64,000 bases of DNA from Basidiobolus meristosporus CBS 931.73 (Eukaryota > Fungi > Basidiobolomycota). A program made the translations under genes and the position numbers. Shown here piece after piece: positions 37,762-50,061 of this stretch (the first letter of the stretch is position 1; each line of letters begins with the position of its first letter). The stretch covers positions 2,723 through 66,722 of the forward strand of contig MCFE01000494.1 in the NCBI GenBank assembly GCA_002104905.1, written 5' to 3'. A model generated the notes under the pieces. The model had not been told where the DNA came from. It ran no database searches and saw only the letters and a list, made by a program, of their open reading frames with translations.

Positions 37762-40700
37762 TTATTGGGTAGCGGCAGCCACGGCTACAGCATAGCTACC
37801 AGAGTGAGAGATGGAAAGCTTGATTTCCTTGAGTCCGGTGCTGTTGACTACCTCCTGGGCTTTGCCAGAGAAGGCGGCCTTAGGGGCACCACTGTCAGCA
37901 GCGGTGATTTCGACCTCCGAAATGTCAATCTTCTCTCCACCAAGGCTGATAATGGCCTTGATGACGGATTCCTTGGCGGCAAGCTTACCGGCCAAGGAGG
38001 CGTTAGGATCGGGCTTGGCGAAGCAGTATTCCAACTCAGCCTTGGAAAGTTTCTTCTCAACTTCTTCCAACTTGAGGCTGTTGATCAGGACAACGTCTAC
38101 ACCAACCCCTTTTTGGTTACCAGTAAGGGCGACGAGCTGCTTGGTAAGAGCAGGATCGCTGTCGACCTGAGCAGAGGTGAGGTCGGATTTGGCGAAAGTA
38201 TAGGTCTTCTTCTTCTCGTCATAGGCAGCGCGGGCCTTGGGGTTCAAGTAGACCTGGGATTCTTGTTCAGGGGTGTAGGGTGGTTCGTTCTTGACTTGAA
38301 CCAAACCGGCAACCCCGGCATATGAATCATGCAAGTAGCGGTAAGCCTTGGCCTGACGGTCATGAGTCTTCTGCTTGTAAGCGTTGTACTCGGACTCGGT
38401 CAAGGCAGCAAGAACGTAGTCGGGATGAATCACCAAAACCTCACCACCGACTTGTCCGAAACCGAAGGATTTCAAGAGACCAGCCTTGACACCGTCAGTG
38501 TAGATGGTGCTGCTGGGGTACAAGAGGTACTCATAGTCCGCAAGCTTCTCATCAACGTTATCGGCGTTACGGTTACCTGGAATGATACCAGTGCTAAGGA
38601 CTTGGATGACTCCGTTCAACATCCATGCAGCGGCAGCACCCTTAGGATGGCCAGTAAGGTACTTCTGGAAAATACCAGGGCAGCAGTTACCAGGAGTACG
38701 GCCCAAGTGGGCGAATTGCTTGTTGACGACTTCGGATTCGTTCTTGTCGTTAGCCTTGGTGGAGGTACCGTGGAACGAGGCAACGCCAATATCGTCCACA
38801 GTGAGGCCGAAGCTGGCAAGGGCACCACGGATAGGAGCAATGCGGGCGTCTTGCTTCCAGAAGTCGTTACCCCAGAGAGTAAGGGCTTCCTTCTCTTGGC
38901 GATAAGCTTCACGTTGGATATGCTCAGTACGCTCACTGACGAAATCTTCCTCGGAGACTTCGAGCTCGCCAGAAGCCTTCTTGGACTCCAGTTCCTCCTG
39001 AAGGTACTCAAGTTCTTCCTCGACCCAGAGTTTGATCTGCTTGCGGCGGTTCTTCAATTGTCTAGCACGGTACTTGATGTCCAAGAGAGGGGATTCGGTC
39101 TTGCCACGAAGCTCACGAGCGGTGGTCAAAACACCCTGTCCAGGGGCAGGAACTGAACGGCCCTCCTTATCAGTAGCAGTGTTGGTGAGAGCGATGATAC
39201 CATAGATAGGCACACCCATCTGAACGGCAAGCTTGGCGGACATAAGGATTTGAACACCAGCACCGTGGGACTCCATGAATCCGGAACGAGTAGTGGTAGT
39301 AGGACGAGACATCTCTCCAGGCTCACGACCACGGGCGAATTCGTCATTGGCATTGCTGGTGGCCTTCATGTTGGCGAATTCGTAAGATCCTTCTTCTTGG
39401 AAGTCATCATAACCACCAACGATCACGATCTTGGCCTTGCCGCTCATGATGGTCTCAACACCAATTTCCACAGACTGGACAGCAGTAGCACAAGCGCCGA
39501 CTGGAGACTTGATGGGACCAGAGGAGGAGAGCAAAAGCATGTTGATCCAGGCAGGCATGGTGTTGATGAATGTTTCTTGGAGAATATCCATTTGCACTGG
39601 TTTGTCGAGCATACGGTCCTTGTACATCTTCTGAAGGGAGAGGGAACCGCCCATACCGGAGCCGGAGCAGTTACCAACTTCGCTGATGTGCACATACTTG
39701 TAGAACTCATAAGGATCGGTGATACCAGAGCTGACCAAGGCCTCTACGGTTGACACGAGAACGTAGAGAGTGATGACATCAACCTGGTCAATGATCTCCT
39801 TGGGGACGCCGTAGCGAGCAGCGTCCCAGCCAGTTGGAATCTGGCCGGCAACCAAGCGATCAAATCGGAGTGCCTTGGGAACATAAATGGCGGCACCCTT
39901 CTTGAAGCTAACGAGCCACTGTCCGGTTTCCTTGACTTCGAAGGCATCCACCTTGTCACCATGCTTTCTCTTGAAGTGAGCGGCTTCTTCGGGACTGGCC
40001 TCAATTGGCTCAAGGTCTTGGTCGATAATGATTTCTTGGAAGAAGGTCTTGTTCTCGGGATCGTAACCGTTGAAGATCTCAGACTCAATGAGACGGATAC
40101 CACTGTGCTTGAGGATATCCTTCTCGTACTTGGTCTTGACATCACGGTCATCGACTGGCTCACCAGTCTTCATATCAACCCAGCCAGTGTATGGTTTTCC
40201 GCTCTTGAGTGGGCCATTATGATGCTTGATGTATCCCATAATCCAGGCCATCTCAATACAACCCTCGAGAGAGAACTCTCCGAAGGCTTCCATCTCCCAT
40301 CTAGTTCTAGAGTTACCCCAAGGTCCGACTTCGGCGAATCCGGTGGCAACGATCACCTTCTCCAAATCCAGCATACCTTGGAGGTGGCTGAGGGACTTGA
40401 GTTCAGTGTAGTTCTTGAGCTCGGGGAAATCGATCTTCAAGTTGGCACGAGGCTTGGCAATGTGCGACTTGTAGAACAACTCGGCAGATGGACCATGGAC
40501 GATCTTATGGTCAATCGCATTGTCGGCAACAATGGCCTTGCGAATCTCGGAGGTGTTTCTGATCTCGGTACGGAGGGATGCGGAGATCTTGTTGAGGTCC
40601 AACACGTACTGGAAACCACCGTTAAGATCGGCCCAGACTGGCCCATTCTCGCTCATCTCGGCGATGGTTGGGTGCATCAAGCCAAGAATGTTGAAGGCCA

Positions 40701-43700
40701 TTTCTTGGGTGGAGAAAGTGCGGACTCCATGCTTCTCAATACCCTCAGCAATCATGTTGTTAGCACTCATGAGACCAGTACCACGGGTCCAGCCAATAAT
40801 GGCTCCGGTGATGGTCAAGTAGCTTCCCCAGCTTTCGGAATACCATCTGTTGAAGAGAGTCTCGAGGGCAATCTTGGATTCGCTGTACAAACCATCGTTA
40901 CCGAAGGTACCGTGGTTGGGTGAGAGTGGAAGAATGACTTGAGCGGGACGGGTGCTGATTCCGAATTCTTGCTTCTTGGTCTTGATGTAGCCAAGCATGC
41001 GGAGAAGGTTGGTCATCATGATACGATGAGCAAGTTCGGATTTGGAGTCGATGTCGCTGATCTCACGTCCGTTCTCGGGAATAGCAGCGAATGGAACAAT
41101 GTAATCAACATCCCAGTTCAATCCCTTGCGCTCATCTCTGTCGTAGATGTAGTCAATAAGAGCTTGGACATCTTGCTTCGAGCCTTGGTTGAAAGGAACA
41201 ACAACCAAGCAGGAGTTCTTGGAACCATGACGGCGATAGATGGATTGGTAGTATTCAGTCACACCACGGCTGAATCTGGAGGTGGTGACGACAACCTTGG
41301 CTCCTCCCGAGAGAAGTCCCTTAAGGATCTCAGCACCAATCGAATCCTTACCGCAACCGGTCATCAAGACGGTCTTGTGCTCGAATGACACTCCTTCCTT
41401 GGCAACGTTGAGAAGGACATCGAGGTACAGGTTGGTTAGTCTTTGGTCGAATTCCCAGCCTTGAGCAGTTTGCTTCTTAAGGTGAAGGAATGGAACGACC
41501 TCCTTCTTTCCGGTGTTGGGTCTAGCAGGCTTGCGGTTCTTGTGCTCCTTGTCACTAAGGATCTTGGGGTTCATGCTCATGGATCTGATGACATCCTTAT
41601 AGAGAGACTTCAACACAAGTTTATCCGACTTCTTGACCTTGTTCTGGTGCTTGATGATCTTGTAAACGCGGAGAAGATCGTGCTGCACCTTCTCGCGGTT
41701 AGAGTACTCGGTGATCTTGCTGCCATTGGTCATCTCCTTGACGTAGTCTGCAAACTTGCGGACATTTGCACGAGGAACCTCGTCATAGAGGATGTCACCT
41801 CTTTCGTTGACCTTGGTTTGGGGAGCGGTAGGGATGGTAACATCCTTGTAAACTGGAGAAGCGTCAAGAACAGCTTCGCAGTTCTCCAAGAGGGTAGTGG
41901 CCAACTCCTTGGCGAGCTTGTAGGTCTCTCCCTTCTCGGTATCCAAGTTGTCAATATAATATCTCATGAATTTGATCAATCCAGGAGTGGCGCGGTTCAT
42001 GACGTGCAAGCATTGGGCAGTGACATCACGATCGACGGCGGTAAGTCTACCGAAGATGATATCGAAGTAGAGATTCAAGGCGTCTTGACGAACCCAGTTC
42101 CAGTAGGAATCATAGCGACGAGCCTTCAAAGCGCTGAAGACAGGAAGGATACCTTGGGCGTAGACTTCACCGTGCTCTGCAACCCATTGATCAAGCTCCT
42201 GTTGAAGCTGATCAGTGGCAACCTTTTGATTCTCGTAGGCCTTGTCACCAGCACGGAGATCGTGGCCAAGGTATTTGGCAAATGCCTCAAGCTGCTTTCT
42301 GATCAAAGCATTTTGCTTGGCTTGAAGAGCATCAAACTCAGCACTGTTCATCACAGCGCCAACAGCAACGGGGCCAGCAGCAGCTCCGCCACTAGAACCA
42401 AGTGAGATACCAGTTCTCTTGGCGTACAGTTGGGCTACACTATCCAACCATGCGTTGGCTTCGGCCTCTGAGCCAAGTCGAGAAGCAGGTTCCATAGTCA
42501 AACCGTAAAGCAAAACAGCCTCAGTACGACCACTGCCAAGACCATAGTTGGTAGACAAATAGGAACGGGCATTGGTCAAGGTAAATCCTCCAGGCATCTT
42601 GCTGGAGATCATCTTGGAAACGAGAGCAGAGGTATGTTTACCGAGAGTACCAGAGAATCCATTGCCCAAGTTCTTGCCGAGCTCCTCGAGAGTGGTCTCC
42701 TCAGACTTCTCAGGAACGGTTCCGAACTCCTTCTGCATGTCACCCAAAATCTCGTTTTGGAGAGTGGACTTGCCACCGACCAGATCCTTGACAGCCTTAG
42801 AAAGTGGCACCTCATCAAGGCTCTTCTTCAATTTTTGAGCAATGATAACGTGAAGGACTTCAGTGGCAGAAACGTTGGCATCAGGGACAGCAGCGGCAGG
42901 TCCGGCAGCAGTTGGGGCAGCAAATGCAACGGCAGCGGGGCCTGCAGCAGGTGCAGCAGCTCCCAAGGCAATTCCGTTCTTCTTGGCATAACCTTGAGCA
43001 ACGGTATCCAACCAGCTCTTAGCATCAGCCTCAGATCCAAGGCGAGAAGCGGGCTCGATAGTCAAACCGAACAAAAGAGCACCATCAGTACGGCCGCTAC
43101 CCAAACCGTGAGCAGAGCTCAAGTAAGTCTTAGCATTGGTGAGGGTGAAACCTCCGGGCATCTTGCTGGACATCATTTTGGAAATAAGAGTAGAGGTATG
43201 TTTGCCAAGAGCACCGGAGAATCCATTGCCCAAGTTCTTGCCGAGCTCCTCGAGAGTGGTCTCCTCAGACTTCTCGGGAACGGTTCCGAACTCCTTTTGC
43301 AAGTCACCCAAAATCTCGTTTTGGAGAGTAGATTTACCACCGACCAGATCCTTCACAGCCTTAGAAAGTGGCACCTCATCAAGGGTCTTCTTGAGCTTTT
43401 GAGCAATGATAACATGAAGGACCTCGGTTGCTGTGATAGGAGCATCGGCAACGGCAGAGGCAGGTCCGCTTGCAACTGGGGCAGGCGCGGCAGCAGCAAC
43501 CGGAGCAGGAGCAGCAACAGCGGCGGCGGCTGGCTTAGGAGCCTCAGCAGGGGCAGCTGGAGCTTCATCCTCAAAGGAATAGTAGATCTCCTTCTCATGC
43601 TTAATATAGCACAAGTTGGTACGACGGTGAGTAAGAGCGTCATCGTAAGCTTGATACTTCGATTTCAAAGTTCTCTCAGCCATGCCAACCAACACAGGGC

Positions 43701-46700
43701 CAGGACCGACTTCGATCAGACGCTCAACTCCAAAGTCCTTGAAGATCTTGTCTTGGGTCTCAATCCAACGCACAGGGGAAGCGAATTGGTAGGCCAACAA
43801 CTCAAGCATGAGGGTGTAACCAAGCTTCTGTTGTTGGGCTGGTGAAGCAACGCTCTCTTCAGTCCAGTTCTTGAGGACCTTGTTGATTCTGGGACTGTTG
43901 GTGATAGCAAGGACATTTTCGAAGTACTCCTTGGTAACTTCGAATGGCTCAGCAGTCAAGTTAGGAATGTACTTGTGAGTAAGGACGTTAACGTCGACAT
44001 CACTTTGACTGATCTTCTTGGCAATGTAGGCACGGAAAGGAGTGACACCGCCAAGCAAGAATGATGAATGGAAAGGCACATCAATACCCTTCAAAGGAAT
44101 GGTAGCATAACCTCTCTCAAGGTTGATAAAGCCATCCTTAGCGAGCTTAGCGGCAGCCTTGTCCAGAGCCTTGGCAATAATTGAAGAGAGTTGCTCCTTA
44201 ACTGCCTCCATAGGCATGGTCTTCAACAAGTTTTGGAGATCAATGTTTTGAATCTTCAAGAAGTTCAAGACGTTGGCGAGGGCATCAAGGTTGCTAAGCT
44301 CACCAGATACAACGTATTGTTGATTCTCAACGTTGAAGTTGACAATCTCCAAGAGACCGTTGCTTTGATGAGCAATGGCGTCAACAACATATCTCAAGGC
44401 GATGTCATCGAAGGTCTTGCCAATACGGCTAGGGTTGACGGCGCACATACCATAGTTGGAACGGCCATGGGCATCACGTTCTACGGCGACTTGCATAGTC
44501 ATACCACGGTAGAACACAACATCAACCAAACTCTCAATAGCCAACACGTTACCAATGGAGGCAAGGGCAGCATACTCACCAAGAGAGTGACCAGCGAATA
44601 CGCAGTCGTTCTGAACAAGTCCCTTGGAGACCATATCCTCAAAGGCAGCCTTCTCCATTAAGGTGAGTGCTGGCTGAGTGAACTGAGTAGCAGACAACAA
44701 ACCAGTAGGAGAGGTGAAGGTATAAGAAGCGGTCTTCTCGGTAATACCAGGGAAGAGAGGAAGAGCCTTGGTATTTCCATCTTGATCAATGGTATCGTAG
44801 GTCATGCTCATGTAGTTTTTACGGATGACCTTACCCTTCTCACCACCGAAGTAGATGGTCTTCTCCTTGGGGTTGTTGCGGACAATGTCGATGATAGAGA
44901 ATCCGTAGTTGATCAAGAAGTGCTGGTCAGCAGAGTCCCAGATTCTCTTGGCAACAGGTGAACTGGCGTACAAGGCCATACCCATACCTTGCTCTTGAGA
45001 ACCTTGACCAGTGAAGACGTACGCAGTGACTGGTTGATCAATCTCGGCGGTACCCTCAATGACCTTGACGTTGTTCTGGTTAACAGTCTCGACCTTGATG
45101 ATCTTCTTTCCGTTCTTCATTCCGATATGGGAAAGCTTGGTCTCAAGACGATCGTTAGGAAGAACCATTGATTGGAAGTTCACATCGTAAGCAGTGACAC
45201 GTTGTGGAGAGTTGTCAGCAGCAAAGATCTCCACGAACTTCTTGGTAGAAGCACTGGTCCACATCCCATGGGTAATGGTTCCGGGAAGTTCAGCGAAATC
45301 GGCGAAGTATGGGTTGACGTGGATGGGATTGTAGTCACCAGAAACAACGGCATAAGCCTCGTTGGAGGCAGGGGAGTTGAAAACGGACGAGAACTCGTCA
45401 CCTTGTGGCATTACAGAGTATCCACCGTTGGCGAAGTTGATAGCCTGCTCAATAGGCTGTCCAACACGCTTGAGATACTCGGTAACTGGGTTGCCATGAG
45501 ATTCGCCGCTTTCGTAGTCGACAGTGGCGATTTGAACAACCTCCTTGGTGGAGATCTTCATGGTGACGGTACCAGTGGTGGTGACCGAGGAGTACAAAGT
45601 CTGGTTCTTGAACTTCAACAAGCTGTTCAGGCGGAAGATGATCTCGGCACCAGGAGTGAGCTCGGGAGCGTTTTCCTCCCAGTTCATCCATTCCTTGGAT
45701 TTCAAGACTGCGATATCCTTCTCGGTCTGGACGGCTACGCGTACAGGGGTCTCAACAATCTTCTGGAAGGTATTTTCGTAATCGGTGAATTTACCGCGGT
45801 ACAAAAACTTGCTGGTAACTTCCATGATAGGCTTGTTATCACGAATGACAACCCCCTTGGCCTCAACCATCTTTCCGGATTCGGTATTTACGATGGCCTC
45901 GATCTCGGAAACAGTGTCAACAATGTCACCACGCTGCAACAGAGAAGCTCCGTCGATCAACCTGAATCCGTTGGAAAGGTGAACCAATCTGAGAAGGTCA
46001 CCGTCGACAATCTTAGGGAAGATAGTCTTAATGATAGACTTCCAACCAACAACGATGGCGAAATCCACAGGGGCGCAAAGGACCTTTTGGCCACGGTCAA
46101 CATAGAGCTCGGCTTGATTACCTACGGTTTGGCAGAATTTGGTGATTTCGTGTCCAAGGACCTGTTCGTCTTTGGCAACGAACTTCTGGTTGGGGTCATT
46201 GGAAAGATCAAGGTGAGAGCCTTGACCGAACCACAAGGCCCAGTAGAACTCCTTGATGCGGTCATTGCGGCCCTCCATGACTTCATGGATGGTGGAATAA
46301 CCTTGGTTGGGGTTGTAAACAAACTTGGACAAGAATGGAATAGCAACGCCATCCTTCTGCTCATAGATAATGACGTCGATAACGTCGCCATTGATCTTGG
46401 CTTCGATGGAAACGGATGAAGCAGTCTCAAGATGAGATGATTGACTCCAAGAGCGTTTATCCGATACAGTGATGCTCTCGACCACCTCGTTGGCGCCAAA
46501 TCGGACTTCGACCTTCTGTTCTAGACGAGGGCGGAACACTTTCTTCATCAAGTTGTCCACGAACATCTTATCTTGGATGATGTAGTTCGAGGTCAACAAA
46601 GCTCTAGCCCAACCATACTTGGGACCAGCAATGAGTTCGAGCCACTCCTCGACTGGTGGGAGGGCACCATTGTCTGAGGTTTCGAAGATTCTGACGTTAT

Positions 46701-49700
46701 CCTTGAGGGTAATCTTGACATCCTTAAGGGCAGAAGGAGTACGAATTGGGCTTCCTCCGAGGTATTCAACTTCAGGAATCAGGGAATCATCGTTACCATA
46801 ATAACGTTCCTTCAAGGCGTTGATGTGACCCTCATGGATGCTATCCAACATGTCCTTGATAGGCTCGTTAACCTTGGTAGAGTAACGAACAGCAACTGGA
46901 CCTTGCAAGATACAAGTACGTTGGACATCTTCATCCAAGACGGCACTCAAATCTTCAGTCTGCCAGAGGGAATCCTTCTTGAACCAGAACTCGATGTTGT
47001 TGTCAAAGACAGGGATGAATGGTACAGGCTTCTGTCCAAGACGAAGGCAAAGGCTGATGAAGTATTGGGCATCTTCGGTAGTCAATTGTTGGTCGAATGC
47101 CTTGGGGTAGTGGGCAAGGAACTTCTCGACGGTCTCCAATGGACTCTCGAGCTCCTTGAAGGATTGCAACTTGGAAGGTTGCTCCTTGGCGATGAATCTC
47201 TCTTCGAGACGACGAATGAAATCACCGACGAGAGCAATCAAGCTGACATCAACCCATCTAGACTCCTTCTTGACGTAAAGCAGCTCGACCAAACGGTTGA
47301 CAACCTCGGAGTAGGTCATCTCCTCCAGGTCACAGGTAGAACCATCGGCCTTCTTACCGAACCAAGGCTTCTGGAAGTCAGCATTGAGGCGACGGATGTA
47401 ATAATCCTTCTTGGCAAGGAGGGCAGGTCCTCGCTTCTCCTTGGCAAGACTGAAGATCTTGTCGTCCATTTCCTTCCAGAAACGAACGGCACGGGTTGCA
47501 ACCTTGTGGATAGGCTCACCCAATTCGGAACGAACGGTCATAATACCACCAGCTTCGCCCTTGTAGGTCTCCTCCCATTGATGATCTTCGACACCTGGAG
47601 CGTCAACAATAGCTTGCTTAACGTCAACTGCGGCTTGACCTTCAGCGGCAACCATCACTCTGGAGCCAAGAAGAACACCATCGAACGGCATAGGAGGATA
47701 ACCGAACTCGGTACTCCATTCTCCGGTAATGTATGGCAAGGTGTCATCGGCACCACCGAAACCGGAACCAGCAATCAGGATGATGTTTGGTTGCTGACGA
47801 ACCGCGGAGTAGGTTTCCAACATAGGCTGATGAGCATCTTCGAAACTGTGATGACCACCAGCACGGCCACCAGTCCATTGCATCAAGATGGGCATATCAG
47901 GGTTGGCGGCAGCGATGGCAAGCACCTGTCTGATAGCAGCAGTGGCTCCTGGCTTGAATGAGATGTGACGAAGTCCCGCTTCTCTAAGATTAGCAATGAT
48001 TTCATTGGCGTTATCCAAAGAGGGAACTCCGGCAGCACAACAAATTCCCTCAATAGGTAATCCCTCTCGGCGCATCGCCTGAACGGTAGGGTATTGGAAT
48101 CCCCACTGGAATGGATTCAAGAAAAGCATGTTGATACTGATGCCCTCACCAGGCTTGGTCATGTCCATAATGCTCTTGACCTTTCCGCGGAGATGTTCGG
48201 GGCTGAAGTGACCACCACCAGCTAACTCGATATGGTAACCAGCATTGATGGTGGCACCAACAAACTTCTCGCTGACGGTGGAAGGTGTCATACCAGGAAC
48301 CATGATAGGGGGCTTACCAAGGAATCTGCTCATTCTAGTATCTACATATACACGTCCGTTGGAAGAAGTCCGGACCAAACGAGGTTGGAAATCCTTGGCC
48401 CAGTTTTGAGCATAGCGGACGGCCGATTTTTCGGAGTCAAACAAATCACCCTTGTAAGAGAGTTCGGGGTTACCACCCTCGAGAGTGCCAGCCAAAATGA
48501 TTCTTACACCAGTGCCTTCCTTGTTTCTGTGTGTAAGACCACCGATACCGGAAGTGGCACCGGGTCCGAAATCAAGAATGTGAGTAACCGAGGCGTTGGT
48601 AGCGGCTTCCCATTGGACGGGAAGAGAGCAGATTTGATCAATCAAATCCAATGTAAGTCTTTCACTCTCACGAAGATCCTTTCCAGAATCGGTAGAGTAG
48701 ACAGGTACAGTAAGAGACTTGGCATCAAACTCCAGATCGTACTTCTGAACATCCTGAGCCAAGATTTCGGAAGCGCCTTGGAGGTAGCTGCTGTGGAACG
48801 GAGCGGTAATGGGTAGGAAACGAGAGGAGAACTTCACCTTACGTTGAGAGTGAGGTACACGTCCCTGGTCCAAACCAGCAGGAGCCTTGATCTTGCGAAG
48901 GGCCAAATTCAAGCCATACAAACTTTGGGGGTGTCCGGTACATACAAAGTTTCTAGGTCCGTTGGTTAGTGTCAACTTGATCTGGCGCTCTTCGGGCAAG
49001 TGAGAGTTGGTGGCGTCAACGTATTTAAGAACCTCCTCCTTGCGCAATCCAGTGACGGACAACATAGGAGTGGGATTGCCCTCGTTGTTAGAAAGGGAAT
49101 CTTGCAAGATGGTGGGGTTCAGAGTAGTGGGAGGATACACTTGGTGGGCACGAGTACCAATCCAGAAGAGCAAGCCAAGTGCCTTCTTGCTGTTGAGGAT
49201 AAACTCCTCATCAGTGGCGGAGGCGGATATGGCAACAGCAGAAATAATACCCTGGCTGTGACCAGTGGCCCCAGAAATAAGGCTTCTGACTTGGCCAGGC
49301 GCCAGGTCAAGCACCTTGGCCATGATATGGTAGTGAAGCAACTGTGTCAATCCAATAAGAGGAAGACTGACAGGAGCAGAAATCAAGTAAGCTTGATCGG
49401 GCTTGGATTCGGGGTTTTCTAACCAGCGAAGAACGTCCAAACCCTTGGTATGAATAATACGAGCCTCGTCATCGTTGGCGAGGTTACGAAGGACACCAGC
49501 CACTTGTTGAACATATGGTCTGGCAAAGCCCTCGTAAGTAACAAAAATGTCATAAAGCTCATCGAAGTACTCTTCGATATTGCCTTGACCACCAAAGATG
49601 GCGAAAAGAGAAGCATGCTTGTCTTCAACGGCAGACACTAAAGCAGATTTGGGGGCAATGCTGCCCTCGAGAAGACCTTGCTCCTTCAGCAGAACATAGG

Positions 49701-50061
49701 CTTCGAAGTAAGCCTTAATAACAGCAATTCTAGCTTCATTGACAAGGCTTCTGGTGACGGCGTGGACATCGTTGGACTTCAAATACTGCTCTCTGAAGTG
49801 AGAGAAGAGGATTTGAATGACTGGGAGGAGTTGCAAGTTTTCATCCTTCTTGTTGTTTTCGATAGCGTAGCTTAGAAACTTGGCAGCTAGCTCTATCTTC
49901 GTAAGCTCTTCGGAAGCAGGATCGGCTGGCTTGTAGGAGGATTGAAAATCCTCACGAATTTGTTCAGCTGACACCCAGATATCGTTGGGAATAAGGATGG
50001 TGATCTCAGTTTTGCCGAACTTGACAGCCAAAGGACGAAGAGAAGCGTTGGAAGCGACCAT
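37762..50061 (-). CDS. FAS: Single-chain fungal type I fatty acid synthase (AT-ER-DH-MPT-ACP-ACP-KR-KS-PPT), ~4099 aa, intronless
   Basis: GATGHSQG (AT); [12 protein letters not shown] (ER); SGDYNPIH (DH); FAGHSLGEY (MPT); two GGKSTLQNE ACPs; KR; PVGACATA (KS); C-terminal AcpS-type PPT; first ATG at 50061. Confidence 0.97.
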   Translation of the reverse strand: MVASNASLRPLAVKFGKTEITILIPNDIWVSAEQIREDFQSSYKPADPASEELTKIELAAKFLSYAIENNKKDENLQLLPVIQILFSHFREQYLKSNDVHAVTRSLVNEARIAVIKAYFEAYVLLKEQGLLEGSIAPKSALVSAVEDKHASLFAIFGGQGNIEEYFDELYDIFVTYEGFARPYVQQVAGVLRNLANDDEARIIHTKGLDVLRWLENPESKPDQAYLISAPVSLPLIGLTQLLHYHIMAKVLDLAPGQVRSLISGATGHSQGIISAVAISASATDEEFILNSKKALGLLFWIGTRAHQVYPPTTLNPTILQDSLSNNEGNPTPMLSVTGLRKEEVLKYVDATNSHLPEERQIKLTLTNGPRNFVCTGHPQSLYGLNLALRKIKAPAGLDQGRVPHSQRKVKFSSRFLPITAPFHSSYLQGASEILAQDVQKYDLEFDAKSLTVPVYSTDSGKDLRESERLTLDLIDQICSLPVQWEAATNASVTHILDFGPGATSGIGGLTHRNKEGTGVRIILAGTLEGGNPELSYKGDLFDSEKSAVRYAQNWAKDFQPRLVRTSSNGRVYVDTRMSRFLGKPPIMVPGMTPSTVSEKFVGATINAGYHIELAGGGHFSPEHLRGKVKSIMDMTKPGEGISINMLFLNPFQWGFQYPTVQAMRREGLPIEGICCAAGVPSLDNANEIIANLREAGLRHISFKPGATAAIRQVLAIAAANPDMPILMQWTGGRAGGHHSFEDAHQPMLETYSAVRQQPNIILIAGSGFGGADDTLPYITGEWSTEFGYPPMPFDGVLLGSRVMVAAEGQAAVDVKQAIVDAPGVEDHQWEETYKGEAGGIMTVRSELGEPIHKVATRAVRFWKEMDDKIFSLAKEKRGPALLAKKDYYIRRLNADFQKPWFGKKADGSTCDLEEMTYSEVVNRLVELLYVKKESRWVDVSLIALVGDFIRRLEERFIAKEQPSKLQSFKELESPLETVEKFLAHYPKAFDQQLTTEDAQYFISLCLRLGQKPVPFIPVFDNNIEFWFKKDSLWQTEDLSAVLDEDVQRTCILQGPVAVRYSTKVNEPIKDMLDSIHEGHINALKERYYGNDDSLIPEVEYLGGSPIRTPSALKDVKITLKDNVRIFETSDNGALPPVEEWLELIAGPKYGWARALLTSNYIIQDKMFVDNLMKKVFRPRLEQKVEVRFGANEVVESITVSDKRSWSQSSHLETASSVSIEAKINGDVIDVIIYEQKDGVAIPFLSKFVYNPNQGYSTIHEVMEGRNDRIKEFYWALWFGQGSHLDLSNDPNQKFVAKDEQVLGHEITKFCQTVGNQAELYVDRGQKVLCAPVDFAIVVGWKSIIKTIFPKIVDGDLLRLVHLSNGFRLIDGASLLQRGDIVDTVSEIEAIVNTESGKMVEAKGVVIRDNKPIMEVTSKFLYRGKFTDYENTFQKIVETPVRVAVQTEKDIAVLKSKEWMNWEENAPELTPGAEIIFRLNSLLKFKNQTLYSSVTTTGTVTMKISTKEVVQIATVDYESGESHGNPVTEYLKRVGQPIEQAINFANGGYSVMPQGDEFSSVFNSPASNEAYAVVSGDYNPIHVNPYFADFAELPGTITHGMWTSASTKKFVEIFAADNSPQRVTAYDVNFQSMVLPNDRLETKLSHIGMKNGKKIIKVETVNQNNVKVIEGTAEIDQPVTAYVFTGQGSQEQGMGMALYASSPVAKRIWDSADQHFLINYGFSIIDIVRNNPKEKTIYFGGEKGKVIRKNYMSMTYDTIDQDGNTKALPLFPGITEKTASYTFTSPTGLLSATQFTQPALTLMEKAAFEDMVSKGLVQNDCVFAGHSLGEYAALASIGNVLAIESLVDVVFYRGMTMQVAVERDAHGRSNYGMCAVNPSRIGKTFDDIALRYVVDAIAHQSNGLLEIVNFNVENQQYVVSGELSNLDALANVLNFLKIQNIDLQNLLKTMPMEAVKEQLSSIIAKALDKAAAKLAKDGFINLERGYATIPLKGIDVPFHSSFLLGGVTPFRAYIAKKISQSDVDVNVLTHKYIPNLTAEPFEVTKEYFENVLAITNSPRINKVLKNWTEESVASPAQQQKLGYTLMLELLAYQFASPVRWIETQDKIFKDFGVERLIEVGPGPVLVGMAERTLKSKYQAYDDALTHRRTNLCYIKHEKEIYYSFEDEAPAAPAEAPKPAAAAVAAPAPVAAAAPAPVASGPASAVADAPITATEVLHVIIAQKLKKTLDEVPLSKAVKDLVGGKSTLQNEILGDLQKEFGTVPEKSEETTLEELGKNLGNGFSGALGKHTSTLISKMMSSKMPGGFTLTNAKTYLSSAHGLGSGRTDGALLFGLTIEPASRLGSEADAKSWLDTVAQGYAKKNGIALGAAAPAAGPAAVAFAAPTAAGPAAAVPDANVSATEVLHVIIAQKLKKSLDEVPLSKAVKDLVGGKSTLQNEILGDMQKEFGTVPEKSEETTLEELGKNLGNGFSGTLGKHTSALVSKMISSKMPGGFTLTNARSYLSTNYGLGSGRTEAVLLYGLTMEPASRLGSEAEANAWLDSVAQLYAKRTGISLGSSGGAAAGPVAVGAVMNSAEFDALQAKQNALIRKQLEAFAKYLGHDLRAGDKAYENQKVATDQLQQELDQWVAEHGEVYAQGILPVFSALKARRYDSYWNWVRQDALNLYFDIIFGRLTAVDRDVTAQCLHVMNRATPGLIKFMRYYIDNLDTEKGETYKLAKELATTLLENCEAVLDASPVYKDVTIPTAPQTKVNERGDILYDEVPRANVRKFADYVKEMTNGSKITEYSNREKVQHDLLRVYKIIKHQNKVKKSDKLVLKSLYKDVIRSMSMNPKILSDKEHKNRKPARPNTGKKEVVPFLHLKKQTAQGWEFDQRLTNLYLDVLLNVAKEGVSFEHKTVLMTGCGKDSIGAEILKGLLSGGAKVVVTTSRFSRGVTEYYQSIYRRHGSKNSCLVVVPFNQGSKQDVQALIDYIYDRDERKGLNWDVDYIVPFAAIPENGREISDIDSKSELAHRIMMTNLLRMLGYIKTKKQEFGISTRPAQVILPLSPNHGTFGNDGLYSESKIALETLFNRWYSESWGSYLTITGAIIGWTRGTGLMSANNMIAEGIEKHGVRTFSTQEMAFNILGLMHPTIAEMSENGPVWADLNGGFQYVLDLNKISASLRTEIRNTSEIRKAIVADNAIDHKIVHGPSAELFYKSHIAKPRANLKIDFPELKNYTELKSLSHLQGMLDLEKVIVATGFAEVGPWGNSRTRWEMEAFGEFSLEGCIEMAWIMGYIKHHNGPLKSGKPYTGWVDMKTGEPVDDRDVKTKYEKDILKHSGIRLIESEIFNGYDPENKTFFQEIIIDQDLEPIEASPEEAAHFKRKHGDKVDAFEVKETGQWLVSFKKGAAIYVPKALRFDRLVAGQIPTGWDAARYGVPKEIIDQVDVITLYVLVSTVEALVSSGITDPYEFYKYVHISEVGNCSGSGMGGSLSLQKMYKDRMLDKPVQMDILQETFINTMPAWINMLLLSSSGPIKSPVGACATAVQSVEIGVETIMSGKAKIVIVGGYDDFQEEGSYEFANMKATSNANDEFARGREPGEMSRPTTTTRSGFMESHGAGVQILMSAKLAVQMGVPIYGIIALTNTATDKEGRSVPAPGQGVLTTARELRGKTESPLLDIKYRARQLKNRRKQIKLWVEEELEYLQEELESKKASGELEVSEEDFVSERTEHIQREAYRQEKEALTLWGNDFWKQDARIAPIRGALASFGLTVDDIGVASFHGTSTKANDKNESEVVNKQFAHLGRTPGNCCPGIFQKYLTGHPKGAAAAWMLNGVIQVLSTGIIPGNRNADNVDEKLADYEYLLYPSSTIYTDGVKAGLLKSFGFGQVGGEVLVIHPDYVLAALTESEYNAYKQKTHDRQAKAYRYLHDSYAGVAGLVQVKNEPPYTPEQESQVYLNPKARAAYDEKKKTYTFAKSDLTSAQVDSDPALTKQLVALTGNQKGVGVDVVLINSLKLEEVEKKLSKAELEYCFAKPDPNASLAGKLAAKESVIKAIISLGGEKIDISEVEITAADSGAPKAAFSGKAQEVVNSTGLKEIKLSISHSGSYAVAVAAATQ

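Noticed and set aside
37744-49875. Many long + strand ORFs (up to 415 aa) opposite FAS
   Set aside because: Antisense shadows of a strongly codon-biased gene; no recognisable domains
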